From positions 4,548 to 68,547 of the forward strand of contig CAZHCS010000002.1 of assembly GCA_964531475.1 (NCBI GenBank): 64,000 nt of DNA, written 5' to 3'. This DNA comes from an uncultured Candidatus Saccharibacteria bacterium. Lineage in GTDB: Bacteria > Patescibacteriota > Minisyncoccia > Phycocordibacterales > CSBR16-119. Below the pieces are notes generated by a model, which made no database searches, was not told the origin of the DNA, and was given only the letters and a program-made list of their open reading frames with translations. The position numbers and the translations under genes were made by a program. Position 1 is the stretch's first letter; the number at the start of each line of letters is the position of its first letter. Of the stretch, positions 1-10,070 are shown piece after piece.

Positions 1-1
1 G

Positions 2-175
2 CGCCACGTCGTCCGTCCCGGCGTGACTGGTTGGGCCCAGGTCAAGTTTAAATACGCCGGGACCGTCCTCGAGTCGTATCAAAAATTTGAATACGACATG
101 TACTACGCCAAAAACCAAAACCTCTTTATGGACGCTGGTATTATTATGAGGACCGTGTTGAAGCTTTTCATCTAG
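2..175 (+). CDS. C-terminal fragment of a polyprenyl glycosylphosphotransferase (bacterial sugar transferase, WbaP/EpsL-like); 5' end lies outside the window
   Basis: Frame-2 translation ...RPGVTGWAQVKFKYAGTVLESYQKFEYDMYYAKNQNLFMDAGIIMRTVLKLFI* matches the conserved C-terminus of the Bac_transf family; stop TAG 173-175 overlaps the next start (TAGTATG). Confidence 0.7.
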   Translation, partial: RHVVRPGVTGWAQVKFKYAGTVLESYQKFEYDMYYAKNQNLFMDAGIIMRTVLKLFI

Positions 176-176
176 T

Positions 177-1640
177 ATGATCAGGCGCTTCCAAGATTTT
201 TTATTCAAGAACACGAGCGTCCGCCAGACGATAGTAAAAAATACTTTTTGGCTTGCCGTCGGAACGACTGCCAGTAAAATCATCCGGGCTGTCATGGTCA
301 TCTGGGCCGCACGCATGCTCGGCACAGGAGATTATGGTATCTTCTCCTATGCTCTTGGCCTAGTATCAATTTTTTCCGTATTTGCTGATCTTGGACTATC
401 ACCGCTTCTGACGCGCGAGCTCGCTAAAAAAATACCAGAAGGGCGCGCGTATGCAGCTTCGATCATCGGGACCAAGTTCGCTCTTCTTGCCCTTTCGTTT
501 CTGGCCGTGATTGTATTCGCTCCGTTTGCCTCGGATATTCCTGCTGCCAATCCGCTTCTACCGCTCGTCGCACTACTCGTAACATTCGACGCGCTGCGAA
601 GTTTTGGTAACGCCATAATCAGAAGCGAAAACCGGATGGAGCGCGAAGCCCGTCTTTCTTTTGGAACTGAGATAGCGACAGCGATACTCGGCGTTTTAGT
701 TCTAGTTTTCGCTCCGAGCGTCACAAATCTCGTGCTTGCTTATCTTGTAGGTAGTGGCGCAGGAGCAATAGTCATGTTCATGGGCCTCCGGAATTATTTC
801 CGCGGGCTCTTCGTAAGTATTAGTAGAAAACATGCGCTCGTGGCGCTCCGTGGCGCTCTGCCCTACTCGGCTATCGGAATCCTCGGCGGCCTCATGACCA
901 ACATCGACATATTTTTTCTCGGACGCTTTATGGACGCAAATGCAGTTGGTCTCTACGCAGCCGCCCTACGTCCTGTAATGCTCATATATCTCTTGCCGAC
1001 ATTCCTGACCATCGCTGTATTTCCCCAAATGAACACCTACGTCGCGACGGGAAATAATGGGGCCTTGCGAAGCCTTGTTGAACGCGGCCTCATCGCGGCA
1101 TGCGCGCTCGCAATCCCAATCTCGATCGGAGGTCTTGTAGCTGGTGGAAGCTTCGTCCACAATATCTTCGGCGCCGAGTATGCCGGGGCTACGCTACCAT
1201 TCAAAATCCTCATAATGACAGTAGTGCCTGTGTTTGGGAACATGATCCTAGGACACGTACTATTTTCAAAAGACACACGTAGGGCACCCATAAAAGCATC
1301 TGTTACGGGGCTCGTGGTCAATGTCGTACTTGATCTAATCCTCATCCCGCGATTCGGCCTTGCCGGCTCAGCCATAGCGACACTCATCGCTCAGATATCA
1401 ATGAGTTATATTTTCTACACTGAAACGCGAAAACTTATGCCGCTCTCCGTCGTCGGTGGATTGCCGAGCATAGTTATCTCGAGTATCGTCATGGGCGGCG
1501 CAGTGTATGGACTTCTTCACGCTGGCTGGAACAGTTTGTTTGTCATTGCGTCTGGCGTCATAGTCTACATCTCTATGCTTTTCCTTTTGCGAGACAAACT
1601 ACTTATAGAAGTTCTTCAGACACTAAAAAGTTCGCGGTAG
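177..1640 (+). CDS. Polysaccharide flippase (Wzx-like, MOP superfamily)
   Basis: 487 aa with about 12 TM segments; N-terminal KNTFWLAVGTTASKIIRAVMVIWAARMLGTGDYGIFSYALGLVSIF is a typical Wzx/RfbX signature. Confidence 0.8.
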   Translation: MIRRFQDFLFKNTSVRQTIVKNTFWLAVGTTASKIIRAVMVIWAARMLGTGDYGIFSYALGLVSIFSVFADLGLSPLLTRELAKKIPEGRAYAASIIGTKFALLALSFLAVIVFAPFASDIPAANPLLPLVALLVTFDALRSFGNAIIRSENRMEREARLSFGTEIATAILGVLVLVFAPSVTNLVLAYLVGSGAGAIVMFMGLRNYFRGLFVSISRKHALVALRGALPYSAIGILGGLMTNIDIFFLGRFMDANAVGLYAAALRPVMLIYLLPTFLTIAVFPQMNTYVATGNNGALRSLVERGLIAACALAIPISIGGLVAGGSFVHNIFGAEYAGATLPFKILIMTVVPVFGNMILGHVLFSKDTRRAPIKASVTGLVVNVVLDLILIPRFGLAGSAIATLIAQISMSYIFYTETRKLMPLSVVGGLPSIVISSIVMGGAVYGLLHAGWNSLFVIASGVIVYISMLFLLRDKLLIEVLQTLKSSR

Positions 1641-2689
1641 ACATCTTCTGTCTTTTTCAAAAAAAGTTCGAGCGTGAATTCCCGTTCGTAACGCGCTCGC
1701 GCGGCGGCGCCACAGCGCCGCCGCGCTTGTTCGTTTGAAATGCTTTTCAGTGCATTCGCAATCTCGCCGATGTTATTTTCGACAAGGATTCCGCAATCAG
1801 GATTGACTTCTTCCGGGACGCCGCCGACGCGCGATGCGATAATTGGCAGCCCAGCAGCCATGGCCTCCAGGATCGTCATGGGCAAGCCCTCGTGCTTTGA
1901 GATGAGAATAAATGCGCAAGACTTCGCAAGTTCTCTTCGCACTTCGTCCGACTCGAGACTGCCAAGGAGCGTGACCCGTGAGCCAAGATCGAGTCGTTTA
2001 ATTTCCTGTTCTATCTTTTCTCTGTCAGGCCCATCACCAATGATTTCGATAGTCATCGTAACGCCAGACGCTTTGTAGGCCTGGAGCAAGAGTACAAATT
2101 CTTTCGGATACGCCAAACGTCCAACGGAAATTATTTTTTCTTCACAAATGGTTTCGATTTTTGCATCAGCAACACCATTATGAATGACGACGAGTTTTTC
2201 TGCAGGCGCAATCTTGTAACGAAGCGCAAGTCCTCTGTCGTATTCGGAAACGCAGATGATCTTGCTCGTCCATTTCGCGGCAATACGCTCGGCAATCGGT
2301 GCGATGATTTTTCTCGTCCATTTCGCACCGTCAGTGAAGGCAAAACTGTGCGCAGTAAAAATTGTCGGGATGCTTCCACGAATGACGAAGCGCGCCAAGA
2401 ATCCAGCGAATGAGCTGTGAGCGTGGACTAGGTCTGGCTGGAAATCAAACAAAGTCTTTCGAAGAATGGTGTTCGCCTTTAGTAAACGAAGCGGATTGAA
2501 CGAGTTGCCGAAATATTGGTTCGGATAAAAACGGATGCCGAGCTTGGTCGCCTCGTTTTCGAGCCAGCCGTCGGGGGCCGCCATAATGGCGACGGCATTG
2601 CCCATAGTTTTCATGTGCGCCGCCAAGTCTCGCACATGCGTCTGCGCCCCGCCGATTTCAGATTTGGTTATGACGTAAAGGATTTTCAT
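1616..2689 (-). CDS. Glycosyltransferase family 4
   Basis: GT-B fold; C-terminal ...SKHEGLPMTILEAMAAGLPIIASRVGGVPEEV (E-X7-E region); N-terminal KILYVITKSEIGGAQTHV. Confidence 0.85.
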   Translation of the reverse strand: MKILYVITKSEIGGAQTHVRDLAAHMKTMGNAVAIMAAPDGWLENEATKLGIRFYPNQYFGNSFNPLRLLKANTILRKTLFDFQPDLVHAHSSFAGFLARFVIRGSIPTIFTAHSFAFTDGAKWTRKIIAPIAERIAAKWTSKIICVSEYDRGLALRYKIAPAEKLVVIHNGVADAKIETICEEKIISVGRLAYPKEFVLLLQAYKASGVTMTIEIIGDGPDREKIEQEIKRLDLGSRVTLLGSLESDEVRRELAKSCAFILISKHEGLPMTILEAMAAGLPIIASRVGGVPEEVNPDCGILVENNIGEIANALKSISNEQARRRCGAAARARYEREFTLELFLKKTEDVYRELFSV

Positions 2690-3468
2690 TTGTAGAAATC
2701 TTTAAGCTTCCTTGAAAAAACAATACTCGCAATCGGACGCAATAAATAAACGATCGCAAATGGTGAATACTGTCCACGCTTAATAGCATTCCAGCGAGCT
2801 CGCAAGGCACATAATGCCTGTTTATTATTTTTATTAGCCGTAATCGAAACATTCGACATGCGATAGTACAAGAGAAATTCTGGCAGATTGCAGAGCTTGT
2901 TCGCCACAGCGATTCGAAGCCACAAATCATAATCTTGGGCGTATTGAAAACTTTCATCATAACCGCCAACCTTATCAATAACGCTCCTGCGCATCATCGC
3001 AAGCGGATGAATAATATTGTTCCATTTGATTAGATTCTTTTTGACTATCCTGGCGTCGGTTTCCCAGTCGAACCGGTCAACTTCAACACCGCTATCGTCA
3101 ACCACTTTCGCCCACGTTCCGACGACTCCAATATCGGCATGCTCATCAAGAAACTTCACCTGCTTCTCAAACCGCTCCGGCATCGCGACATCGTCCGCGT
3201 CCATACGCGCAATATATTCGCCGCGCGCGACCCGCAGGCCAATGTTCAGTGATTTCGTGAGCCCTACATTGTGTGCGTTCGTGATAATTTTCACTCGCGG
3301 GTCCTTGTAAGAAAACGCCTTTAACATATCTGCCGTCTTATCGGCAGATCCGTCGTCAATGATGATGAATTCAAAATCAGTAAATGTTTGCACCAAAATA
3401 CTCTCGACCGCTTCCCGAAGGAAACGCTCGCCATTTTTGACCGCCATAATAACCGAGACTTTCGGCAT
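2686..3468 (-). CDS. Glycosyltransferase family 2
   Basis: VSVIMAVKNGERFLREAVESILVQTFTDFEFIIIDDGS...ARMDADDV (DXD) and QDYDLWLR motifs. Confidence 0.85.
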   Translation of the reverse strand: MPKVSVIMAVKNGERFLREAVESILVQTFTDFEFIIIDDGSADKTADMLKAFSYKDPRVKIITNAHNVGLTKSLNIGLRVARGEYIARMDADDVAMPERFEKQVKFLDEHADIGVVGTWAKVVDDSGVEVDRFDWETDARIVKKNLIKWNNIIHPLAMMRRSVIDKVGGYDESFQYAQDYDLWLRIAVANKLCNLPEFLLYYRMSNVSITANKNNKQALCALRARWNAIKRGQYSPFAIVYLLRPIASIVFSRKLKDFYK

Positions 3469-3490
3469 AATGGCCCCATCATATCATCCT

Positions 3491-3522
3491 AAGGAAAAAG
3501 CCGGAACCCGTAGGTTCCGGCT
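3491..3522 (-). terminator. Rho-independent terminator after the 3546..3959 gene
   Basis: Hairpin gccggaacc-tacg-ggttccggc followed on the minus strand by TTTTTCC. Confidence 0.6.
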
Positions 3523-3545
3523 GTCTTCTTGTGGTCCCAGAGAAC

Positions 3546-3959
3546 TTATCTCTTGGGACTAAAGGCAAGGTTGTCGTCCATGAAGCATAGACCTTTGACT
3601 CTGATGGTCATATGATCCCCCGAATTACCCCAGTCTGGTTCGGTCGGATTAAAACCCTTAGAGCGTAGGAACTCCACCACTTTCACGCCGAGCTCTCTAG
3701 GCCTCTCAACATAGAAGGTCCGGCCACCAATGCCACGATGACCGTCGGCGATCCAGCAACCATGCTTCGATGTTTCGATATTCAATTCATTCCTGTGATC
3801 GAATCTTCGGAAAAGCCGTCTCATGGCCTTATCACTTGTCGTACAAAATACCCTTCGAGAACGGATGTATCCCCGAATGAACAGGAACGCGAAGAAAAGG
3901 AGCAATCCAAGGGCAAAAAATCCACTCAATGAGTGATCACAGTTGCAGCTACTTTGCAT
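3546..3959 (-). CDS. Hypothetical N-terminally membrane-anchored protein
   Basis: 137-aa ORF; TM helix FFALGLLLFFAFLFI then soluble domain GCWIADGHRGIGGRTFYVERPRELG; no confident family. Confidence 0.4.
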   Translation of the reverse strand: MQSSCNCDHSLSGFFALGLLLFFAFLFIRGYIRSRRVFCTTSDKAMRRLFRRFDHRNELNIETSKHGCWIADGHRGIGGRTFYVERPRELGVKVVEFLRSKGFNPTEPDWGNSGDHMTIRVKGLCFMDDNLAFSPKR

Positions 3960-4028
3960 GGTGCGTTAGTTTTGTTTCTATGATTACTTTACACAGAAAA
4001 TGAGAAAAGTCAATAGCTTCCTTAGCCA

Positions 4029-4634
4029 CTACGAATCTAGGCTCCTTCTCCACCACTCTTTTCCAAAAGCCGCGAGGAGAGCGAAGATCCCGCCAACGAA
4101 TGCGGCAAAGACGAGGATGAGAACAGGTTTATCGTTAAGTGGTTTAACGCCTATAGTTGGCTCTTTGGCAATGCTTGTCAAAACAAAGCCAGATACGTCG
4201 TTAGTTCCGCGGGCTTCGGCAAGCTCTAAGTGATCAGCAACTACAAAAATTCCTACTTCGCGCAATACCGGCAAAGCTTCCTCGGGGCGAGACGAATGAA
4301 TATACACCCGGACCAAATTGGTGTTATCTGGGTTGACGGCCTTAATCCCCAAAACTTTTGACGCTGGGATTCCTAGTTTTTCTTTTACTAACTCATCGTA
4401 ACTTCCAGAAGAGATCTTTTCGGTAAGCTGATGAGCGTTCTCTATAGGAACGAGAGCACCTTCAAAACCTGGATACGTACCTATTTCTATGAGAGTATCG
4501 ACAACGTATGACTTTGGGGCCAAGAAAGCGAAAACAGTCCCTACCACCAAAGCTATCATGACGAAAAAGGCAATGAGGCCCTTTCGTCTTAATATAACTT
4601 TTGCAAAATCTAGGTTCTGTTCTTGGTTGTTCAT
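4029..4634 (-). CDS. Wzz-like polysaccharide chain-length determinant protein (short form)
   Basis: Two TM segments (N- and C-terminal) flanking a soluble domain; N-terminal DFAKVILRRKGLIAFFVMIALVVGTVFAFLAPKSYVV resembles the Wzz motif. Confidence 0.5.
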   Translation of the reverse strand: MNNQEQNLDFAKVILRRKGLIAFFVMIALVVGTVFAFLAPKSYVVDTLIEIGTYPGFEGALVPIENAHQLTEKISSGSYDELVKEKLGIPASKVLGIKAVNPDNTNLVRVYIHSSRPEEALPVLREVGIFVVADHLELAEARGTNDVSGFVLTSIAKEPTIGVKPLNDKPVLILVFAAFVGGIFALLAAFGKEWWRRSLDS

Positions 4635-4643
4635 AAGCGAAGG

Positions 4644-5990
4644 CTATTCTACCAGGGATTGCTTTCTTGACACAACCCACACTTGCATGGCCGCAAAAGA
4701 AACACCTATTATTATCCAATTAAAGGTGTCACCGAAAAACGGATTGTTGTTGTGGAACATGGCATTAACAATGTACGCGACAAAACTACCTACAAGCCCT
4801 GTCGCAATCATGCCAAGATTACCCATATCCTCTGATAACCGAAATAGGCCCCTAAACAAAACAAAGTAGGCAAAAATTCCAAGAACAAGCGCAGGTATTC
4901 CCAGTATGGCAGCAATATTAAGCACTATGTTATGAGGAAAATGTCTTGTGACTATACTCGCTCCAAAATAACCAGCGACGTCAGCGTAGCTTTCTCGAAC
5001 ATAATTCGGATAATTATAACCAACGCCAAGTGGATGACTTGTGATTACATTTACAGCAGAAAGGGCGATTGGAATACGTTCGAGAGATGGTGTCCCTATC
5101 GAAAACACCTCGGAGCGAATTTTTGGATGAGTAGTCATAACCGCAAACACAATACATACGAAGATGAGTGCGGGTATTGGGGCCCAAGGTTTTAGTCTGC
5201 CAGAACGGTATGCCATGACAAAAACCAAAACGGCTCCAAAGAAGGCGCCGCCTATGGCCGATTTAACGAACGTAAGAACGAGAGCAAGAGATATTATGAC
5301 CATCACGCCAAATGAAATCGCGCGACGAGTCAATGTTTTTTTCATAAAGAAAAAAGCTAGAGCAACTGGCACCAACGACCCAAGCTGATACGAAAGAGGT
5401 ATTACGTAAGAACTCAAACCAGAAATGCGGATGCGATCAATTATCTGATACGCGATCGGCCCAGGCACCCCCAATACTTCTCGTGCTTTCCAGAAAAATC
5501 CTTCGGGAAAAAAGTATTGCATGATTCCGAAAAAAGCCGTAACAACGGCAAAAAATACCATGACTCGCAGTGCCCGAACAATACTTTGTTCATCCCTAAG
5601 AATAAATACCGCCAACGGCACGAGCATTCCCGGAACAAAAAGGCGCTTGCCTATCCACTCAACCCAATAGCGAAATTCTTCACCCGCAAGAGCCCCACGT
5701 ATCAAAACCCAAGAGATGAAAACAAGAACGATCAGCAAAAAAGAGAGCGTCTCTCTAGAAAGAGTAAATGATTTACCTGACGCCAATCCGTGGATTATCG
5801 ACCCTAAGGCCACAAGCGCGATCATACCGCCCTTCAAAAGCGCCGTTTCTTCGAAGCCAAGACCGATGATTGGAATTAGAAGATAGAAGCCAATACGCGG
5901 ATCCTTGAGTGTCGCAAAGAAAGCGACAAAAGCATAAACCGCCACGACTATCGTGAGTATCGAGGATATTCCTGTCGTGACAGCCAGCAT
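4644..5990 (-). CDS. O-antigen polymerase/ligase family membrane protein (Wzy_C-like)
   Basis: 448 aa polytopic protein; HFPHNIVLNIAAILGIPALVLG resembles the Wzy_C H-N-x-x-L...G motif. Confidence 0.55.
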   Translation of the reverse strand: MLAVTTGISSILTIVVAVYAFVAFFATLKDPRIGFYLLIPIIGLGFEETALLKGGMIALVALGSIIHGLASGKSFTLSRETLSFLLIVLVFISWVLIRGALAGEEFRYWVEWIGKRLFVPGMLVPLAVFILRDEQSIVRALRVMVFFAVVTAFFGIMQYFFPEGFFWKAREVLGVPGPIAYQIIDRIRISGLSSYVIPLSYQLGSLVPVALAFFFMKKTLTRRAISFGVMVIISLALVLTFVKSAIGGAFFGAVLVFVMAYRSGRLKPWAPIPALIFVCIVFAVMTTHPKIRSEVFSIGTPSLERIPIALSAVNVITSHPLGVGYNYPNYVRESYADVAGYFGASIVTRHFPHNIVLNIAAILGIPALVLGIFAYFVLFRGLFRLSEDMGNLGMIATGLVGSFVAYIVNAMFHNNNPFFGDTFNWIIIGVSFAAMQVWVVSRKQSLVE

Positions 5991-5996
5991 GAGGGA

Positions 5997-6947
5997 CTAG
6001 ACGAGCTCGAAGAATGTCTCCCAGTATCCGACTTCGAGTTTAGGATGCGCCAGCTGCGCGCCCATACTAGTGACACAGAGGTCAGAACCGCGCCAGAAAC
6101 TTTTCCTGATCTCGTATCCGTGATTACGGAGGAATTCCACTATTTCTCTAGCAGACGAGCCTTTCTTGTGAAGAAGCTCGGAATGAATCTCGATGAAGAA
6201 ATATTTTGGACGATTACCCTCGGCTAACGCTTTTTCTGATCCCTTCAATATTTCTTTCTCGTATCCTTCGACATCCATGCGGATAAAGTCGACTTTCTTG
6301 AACTTCAAGAAATCATCAAGGGTCATGATCTCAACTTCCACCTCTTCATATTTCATGCCCATGTCCTCGCGCTTCAAAAAGCTCGAGAGGTTGCCGCGAT
6401 CGTAAACATAGAACTTTGCTTTGTCGCGCTTTTCGCCAAATGCTGCTTGGTGAATATCGGCGTTTCTAATACCGTTCAATTCTAAATTTTTCTTAAGAGC
6501 AGCAAAATTATGTGGTGCCGGCTCGATTGCATACAAGTGTCCAGAAGGACCGGCGAGCTTGGTCTCGATGAGCGCATAATAACCGATATTGGCGCCAACT
6601 TCGAGAATCTTCATACCAGGAGTTATAACGGTTTTAACCTCCGCAGTCGAGTTCTTCTCGTGGACACCATAAAGAGCCAACTCGCGAGAAATACCAAGAT
6701 CATTCAGATCGAGAATCATGCGCGACCCCTGGACCTTTTTCATAATCTTGCCGTCTTTGAAGAAAATATAGAGGAATTTAAGCGGAATATATTCTCTAAA
6801 AAATCGATAAATTATTCTACCGATAACCGCAAACGTCTTTGCTGCAAACGCGATAGGGCCATGTTCTTTTAAAACACGCACTCCTTTTATAAAAAGGTTT
6901 TCATTCGTCTTTAATACTGTGTTTTTGAGATTAGATAGTCGTTTCAT
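5997..6947 (-). CDS. FkbM-family SAM-dependent methyltransferase
   Basis: ILEVGANIGYYAL...YAIEPAPHNFAALKKNLELNG...FIRMDVEGYEKEIL. Confidence 0.8.
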   Translation of the reverse strand: MKRLSNLKNTVLKTNENLFIKGVRVLKEHGPIAFAAKTFAVIGRIIYRFFREYIPLKFLYIFFKDGKIMKKVQGSRMILDLNDLGISRELALYGVHEKNSTAEVKTVITPGMKILEVGANIGYYALIETKLAGPSGHLYAIEPAPHNFAALKKNLELNGIRNADIHQAAFGEKRDKAKFYVYDRGNLSSFLKREDMGMKYEEVEVEIMTLDDFLKFKKVDFIRMDVEGYEKEILKGSEKALAEGNRPKYFFIEIHSELLHKKGSSAREIVEFLRNHGYEIRKSFWRGSDLCVTSMGAQLAHPKLEVGYWETFFELV

Positions 6948-8125
6948 ATGTGTATTCCTTTAGCGCTCATTATTTTTCGTAAAGCCTGTGTGAACGTATT
7001 GGTAAAATTCTCTTGCGTATACTTTTCTGATTCGGCATACGTTGCAAGACTTCGTCTAATAAATTCCTCACGCGGCGTCTCCGAAATCGATTTTACTTTT
7101 TCGATTAGGTATCGCATGTCTACTGATTCCAACATATGCCCGAAATCGCCGACATCAACTCCGTCTTCGATTGTGACAACTGGAACCAGTCCCCGACGCA
7201 TACAGGTTGTGACCGAGGTTGCACAGCCTTCCGAAGATGACGGTAGTATAACATACCCGGATTCGCTGGAAATATCCCGGAAAGTATCGCCCTTAACGTC
7301 CATAAATCCTATAAAATTTATATTAGGAGAAGAGTCTAGCATTGGCTTCATTATCTTGTTAAAGTCCTCTTCTCCGGTAGGGCCTCCAATATAGAGCGTA
7401 AGTTCTGGAAGATTATGGAATACTTCTATAGTAAGAGGTAGGCCCTTCATTATATTACCATTGCCACCGAAATATAGAAATTTCTTCTGATCTTTTTGTC
7501 GGATCTCTTCTTCTGTAGTCGATAACCCCGGATAGCTGGACAACCATATACGCTCTATCTGCTTGCCGAATTTTTTGTAGCCCTCTATTCCCCAATCATT
7601 ACAACAAGTCATAACCGCGTCGGCATACTTCATGAATCGTTCAATGTCGATATCATGAATCATGCGTCGATAGACAATTTCATTTCCAGGAAATCGTTCC
7701 AAGAATTCATCATGACGTTTCGCGGTAATTCGATTAGATAATTCCGGCTCCGGCCCCATGGCAAATAGTATTTTAACCGCCTTTGGCACTCGTTCACATA
7801 TGTCTGCAAAATATTTACCAGAATCACCTACGCCAAGACCGATGAATATATCGTATTCGTCTTTCAATTTTTTAACGTCCTGCATCTCTGCGGTGCGGTC
7901 GATTATATCGACGATAAAGCCAAGCTCGTTCAGTATACGCGCCATCTGGAAGCTTTCCCAATTATTAGGGTGCGACAAGTCACTCATCATACCGCGCAAG
8001 AAAAATTCTTCAGTCTTGTAGTATAGCAACGCACGGCCACGTTTCTCTGAGAGAAATCGATCAAAACCGCGGACAAATTTTCGGCGAGCTATCTTGTAGA
8101 GAATTCGCTTGAATAGTTTATTCAT
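6944..8125 (-). CDS. Putative glycosyltransferase (divergent GT-B)
   Basis: C-terminal LPSSSEGCATSVTTCMRRGLVPVVT resembles the GT-B EX7E region; otherwise divergent. Confidence 0.4.
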   Translation of the reverse strand: MNKLFKRILYKIARRKFVRGFDRFLSEKRGRALLYYKTEEFFLRGMMSDLSHPNNWESFQMARILNELGFIVDIIDRTAEMQDVKKLKDEYDIFIGLGVGDSGKYFADICERVPKAVKILFAMGPEPELSNRITAKRHDEFLERFPGNEIVYRRMIHDIDIERFMKYADAVMTCCNDWGIEGYKKFGKQIERIWLSSYPGLSTTEEEIRQKDQKKFLYFGGNGNIMKGLPLTIEVFHNLPELTLYIGGPTGEEDFNKIMKPMLDSSPNINFIGFMDVKGDTFRDISSESGYVILPSSSEGCATSVTTCMRRGLVPVVTIEDGVDVGDFGHMLESVDMRYLIEKVKSISETPREEFIRRSLATYAESEKYTQENFTNTFTQALRKIMSAKGIHI

Positions 8126-9036
8126 TAGCCGTAAATTAATTTTGAGAGCTCGGCGTCGTTATACCTCTCTGCATTCTTGGTCGAATATGCTTCAGGCGGA
8201 TTAGTGTTGGCCGTACCAGAGCGAACTACATAATAATCACCTTCGTCAAAAGTAAAATATCGCTCGCTTTCACCTATCAAGTCTTCATCTATTTTTTCTC
8301 CAGGAGATATACCAACTATATCGAATGAATCTCTTTTGAATATTGTACGAAGAATGTCATAGATACCGGCAGCCTTCATCTTTGGGATAAATATTTCTCC
8401 GCCTTCAGCTTTTTCAATAGCGTCGGTCACCACTTTTACAGCATCTGTCAGCTTGAAAAAGTATCGGCGCATGTCTGCATGATGAAGCTTCACTTCAATG
8501 TCAGGATGCTCTTTCCAGAACGTGATGAGAGAACCATGAGAGTCGATAATATTACCAAAACGTGTGCATGCGAACGTTGTGTCTGAATTGTGGTCAGCCT
8601 CGATGAACAATTTCTCCATGATATATTTCGTCATGCCGTATGCGTTTGAAGGAGAGGCTGCTTTGTCAGTCGAAATACCGATAGCTGTTTTAACAGAAGG
8701 CGTAGCGATCACTGCTTCGATAAAAGATTTCGAGCCGATGATATTGTTGAGGTATCCTTGGGTTGGCTGCTCTTCAACCATAATAAGATCCTTCATAGCC
8801 GCGGCATGAATAGCTATATCACAACCTCGAAGCGCGTACTTAAGAGTCTCTATATCACGCACATCTCCGATCCGAAATGTGAGGTTCGGATTATTAAACT
8901 CCTTCTTCATCTCATACTGCCTCTCTTCGTTCCTACTATAGATCACGACCTGATTATCGCGGCCAAGCTCTTGGACGAGCGCCTTGCCAAGAGACCCTGT
9001 ACCGCCGGTCACAAGTATTTTCTTGTTCTTGATCAT
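8125..9036 (-). CDS. Polysacc_synt_2-family NAD-dependent dehydratase/epimerase (CapD/PseB/WbpM-like UDP-sugar 4,6-dehydratase)
   Basis: KKILVTGGTGSLGKALVQEL Rossmann motif; AIHAAAMKDLIMVEE; YGMTKYIMEKL catalytic YxxxK. Confidence 0.8.
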   Translation of the reverse strand: MIKNKKILVTGGTGSLGKALVQELGRDNQVVIYSRNEERQYEMKKEFNNPNLTFRIGDVRDIETLKYALRGCDIAIHAAAMKDLIMVEEQPTQGYLNNIIGSKSFIEAVIATPSVKTAIGISTDKAASPSNAYGMTKYIMEKLFIEADHNSDTTFACTRFGNIIDSHGSLITFWKEHPDIEVKLHHADMRRYFFKLTDAVKVVTDAIEKAEGGEIFIPKMKAAGIYDILRTIFKRDSFDIVGISPGEKIDEDLIGESERYFTFDEGDYYVVRSGTANTNPPEAYSTKNAERYNDAELSKLIYG

Positions 9037-9046
9037 GGAGAATTAT

Positions 9047-10069
9047 TTAATGATAAAGCTCCCCTATCTTACTAATTTCGGGAGTTTTCGCAACAAAATC
9101 ACGGATTATAACTACCCCTTCATCTTTTGGAAGAAGCGTCCCAAGCCCATCACAAACACCAAAAATACGGGTTGGCAAATCGACGTCATCTACCAATATG
9201 TCGCCACGAGCCCCAAGGGTGCCAGGTGTTATGAGTGAAAAATCTTGAAAAGTTCTCACTCTTGGCTTATTCAAAATATTCCTCTGGAACAAAAAATTCT
9301 CGACCATGCCGGTATAGCCACCGAGACTCGAAAGCGAGAGGATTTCAATACCGCGAGCACGAGCAGCCGCAAGCGTTTCCGGCATAACAGTCCGGTTCCC
9401 GGCGTCGATGATCTTGCCGCCGGCCTTCATCATCTTCGCAATATCCAGGTTAATCACTGGAATTCCCGGCGTTGCTCCAATGACAATGTCAGCATCGTGC
9501 GCACCAGCTTCGAATGTCTCGACGGCGAAAATCGAGCCCTTGCCCCGTTTTATCAGATTTAGTCCTTCAATAATTTTCTGAGTTTTCACAAAATCCTTGT
9601 CAAAAAGAAATACGCCTGCGCCACGCTCGCAGAGTTTGAGTGTTATTTTCGAACCAATGTTCCCGGCGCCGACAACAAAGACTTTTTTTCCGGCAAGAGA
9701 CCCTGTAAGGAGCGCCACGAACATGTCGAGCGAGTCGACCGTGAAATCATTTGGCTTGTAAACGAGCCATTTACTTTTCTTGATCTTTGAAAGTAGAACG
9801 GCCTCGAGATTGTCCGCTTCGTTTTTTATTTCCGAATCGATAAAGAAATAATCGGCGACACCGTCAAACGCGCTTACGATATCATCAACGCACGAAACGT
9901 CCCGTAGGATGATTGTGATCGCGATAGTCGAATTGGTCTCTCGGACGGAGCCAAAGATTATAGGTGGGTTATTGATGTCGGCTGTCGTTGCCACACCGAC
10001 AATCTTTTCCTTGGGCGAGACCGCCAGGATATTCTTTAACTCTTCGAGTTTTGGTCGTATGTTTTCCAT
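9047..10069 (-). CDS. NAD(P)-binding Rossmann-fold protein of unknown specificity
   Basis: Central KKVFVVGAGNIGSKITLKLCERGAGVFLFDKD dinucleotide-binding motif; N- and C-terminal domains unassigned. Confidence 0.4.
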   Translation of the reverse strand: MENIRPKLEELKNILAVSPKEKIVGVATTADINNPPIIFGSVRETNSTIAITIILRDVSCVDDIVSAFDGVADYFFIDSEIKNEADNLEAVLLSKIKKSKWLVYKPNDFTVDSLDMFVALLTGSLAGKKVFVVGAGNIGSKITLKLCERGAGVFLFDKDFVKTQKIIEGLNLIKRGKGSIFAVETFEAGAHDADIVIGATPGIPVINLDIAKMMKAGGKIIDAGNRTVMPETLAAARARGIEILSLSSLGGYTGMVENFLFQRNILNKPRVRTFQDFSLITPGTLGARGDILVDDVDLPTRIFGVCDGLGTLLPKDEGVVIIRDFVAKTPEISKIGELYH

Positions 10070-10070
10070 A

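Noticed and set aside
347-5771. Numerous short antisense or out-of-frame ORFs overlapping the flippase, glycosyltransferase and polymerase genes (for example 347-724, 1037-1387, 1740-2078, 4462-4719, 5517-5771)
   Set aside because: They are fully embedded in longer ORFs with strong family signatures and have no independent support. This is typical six-frame noise.
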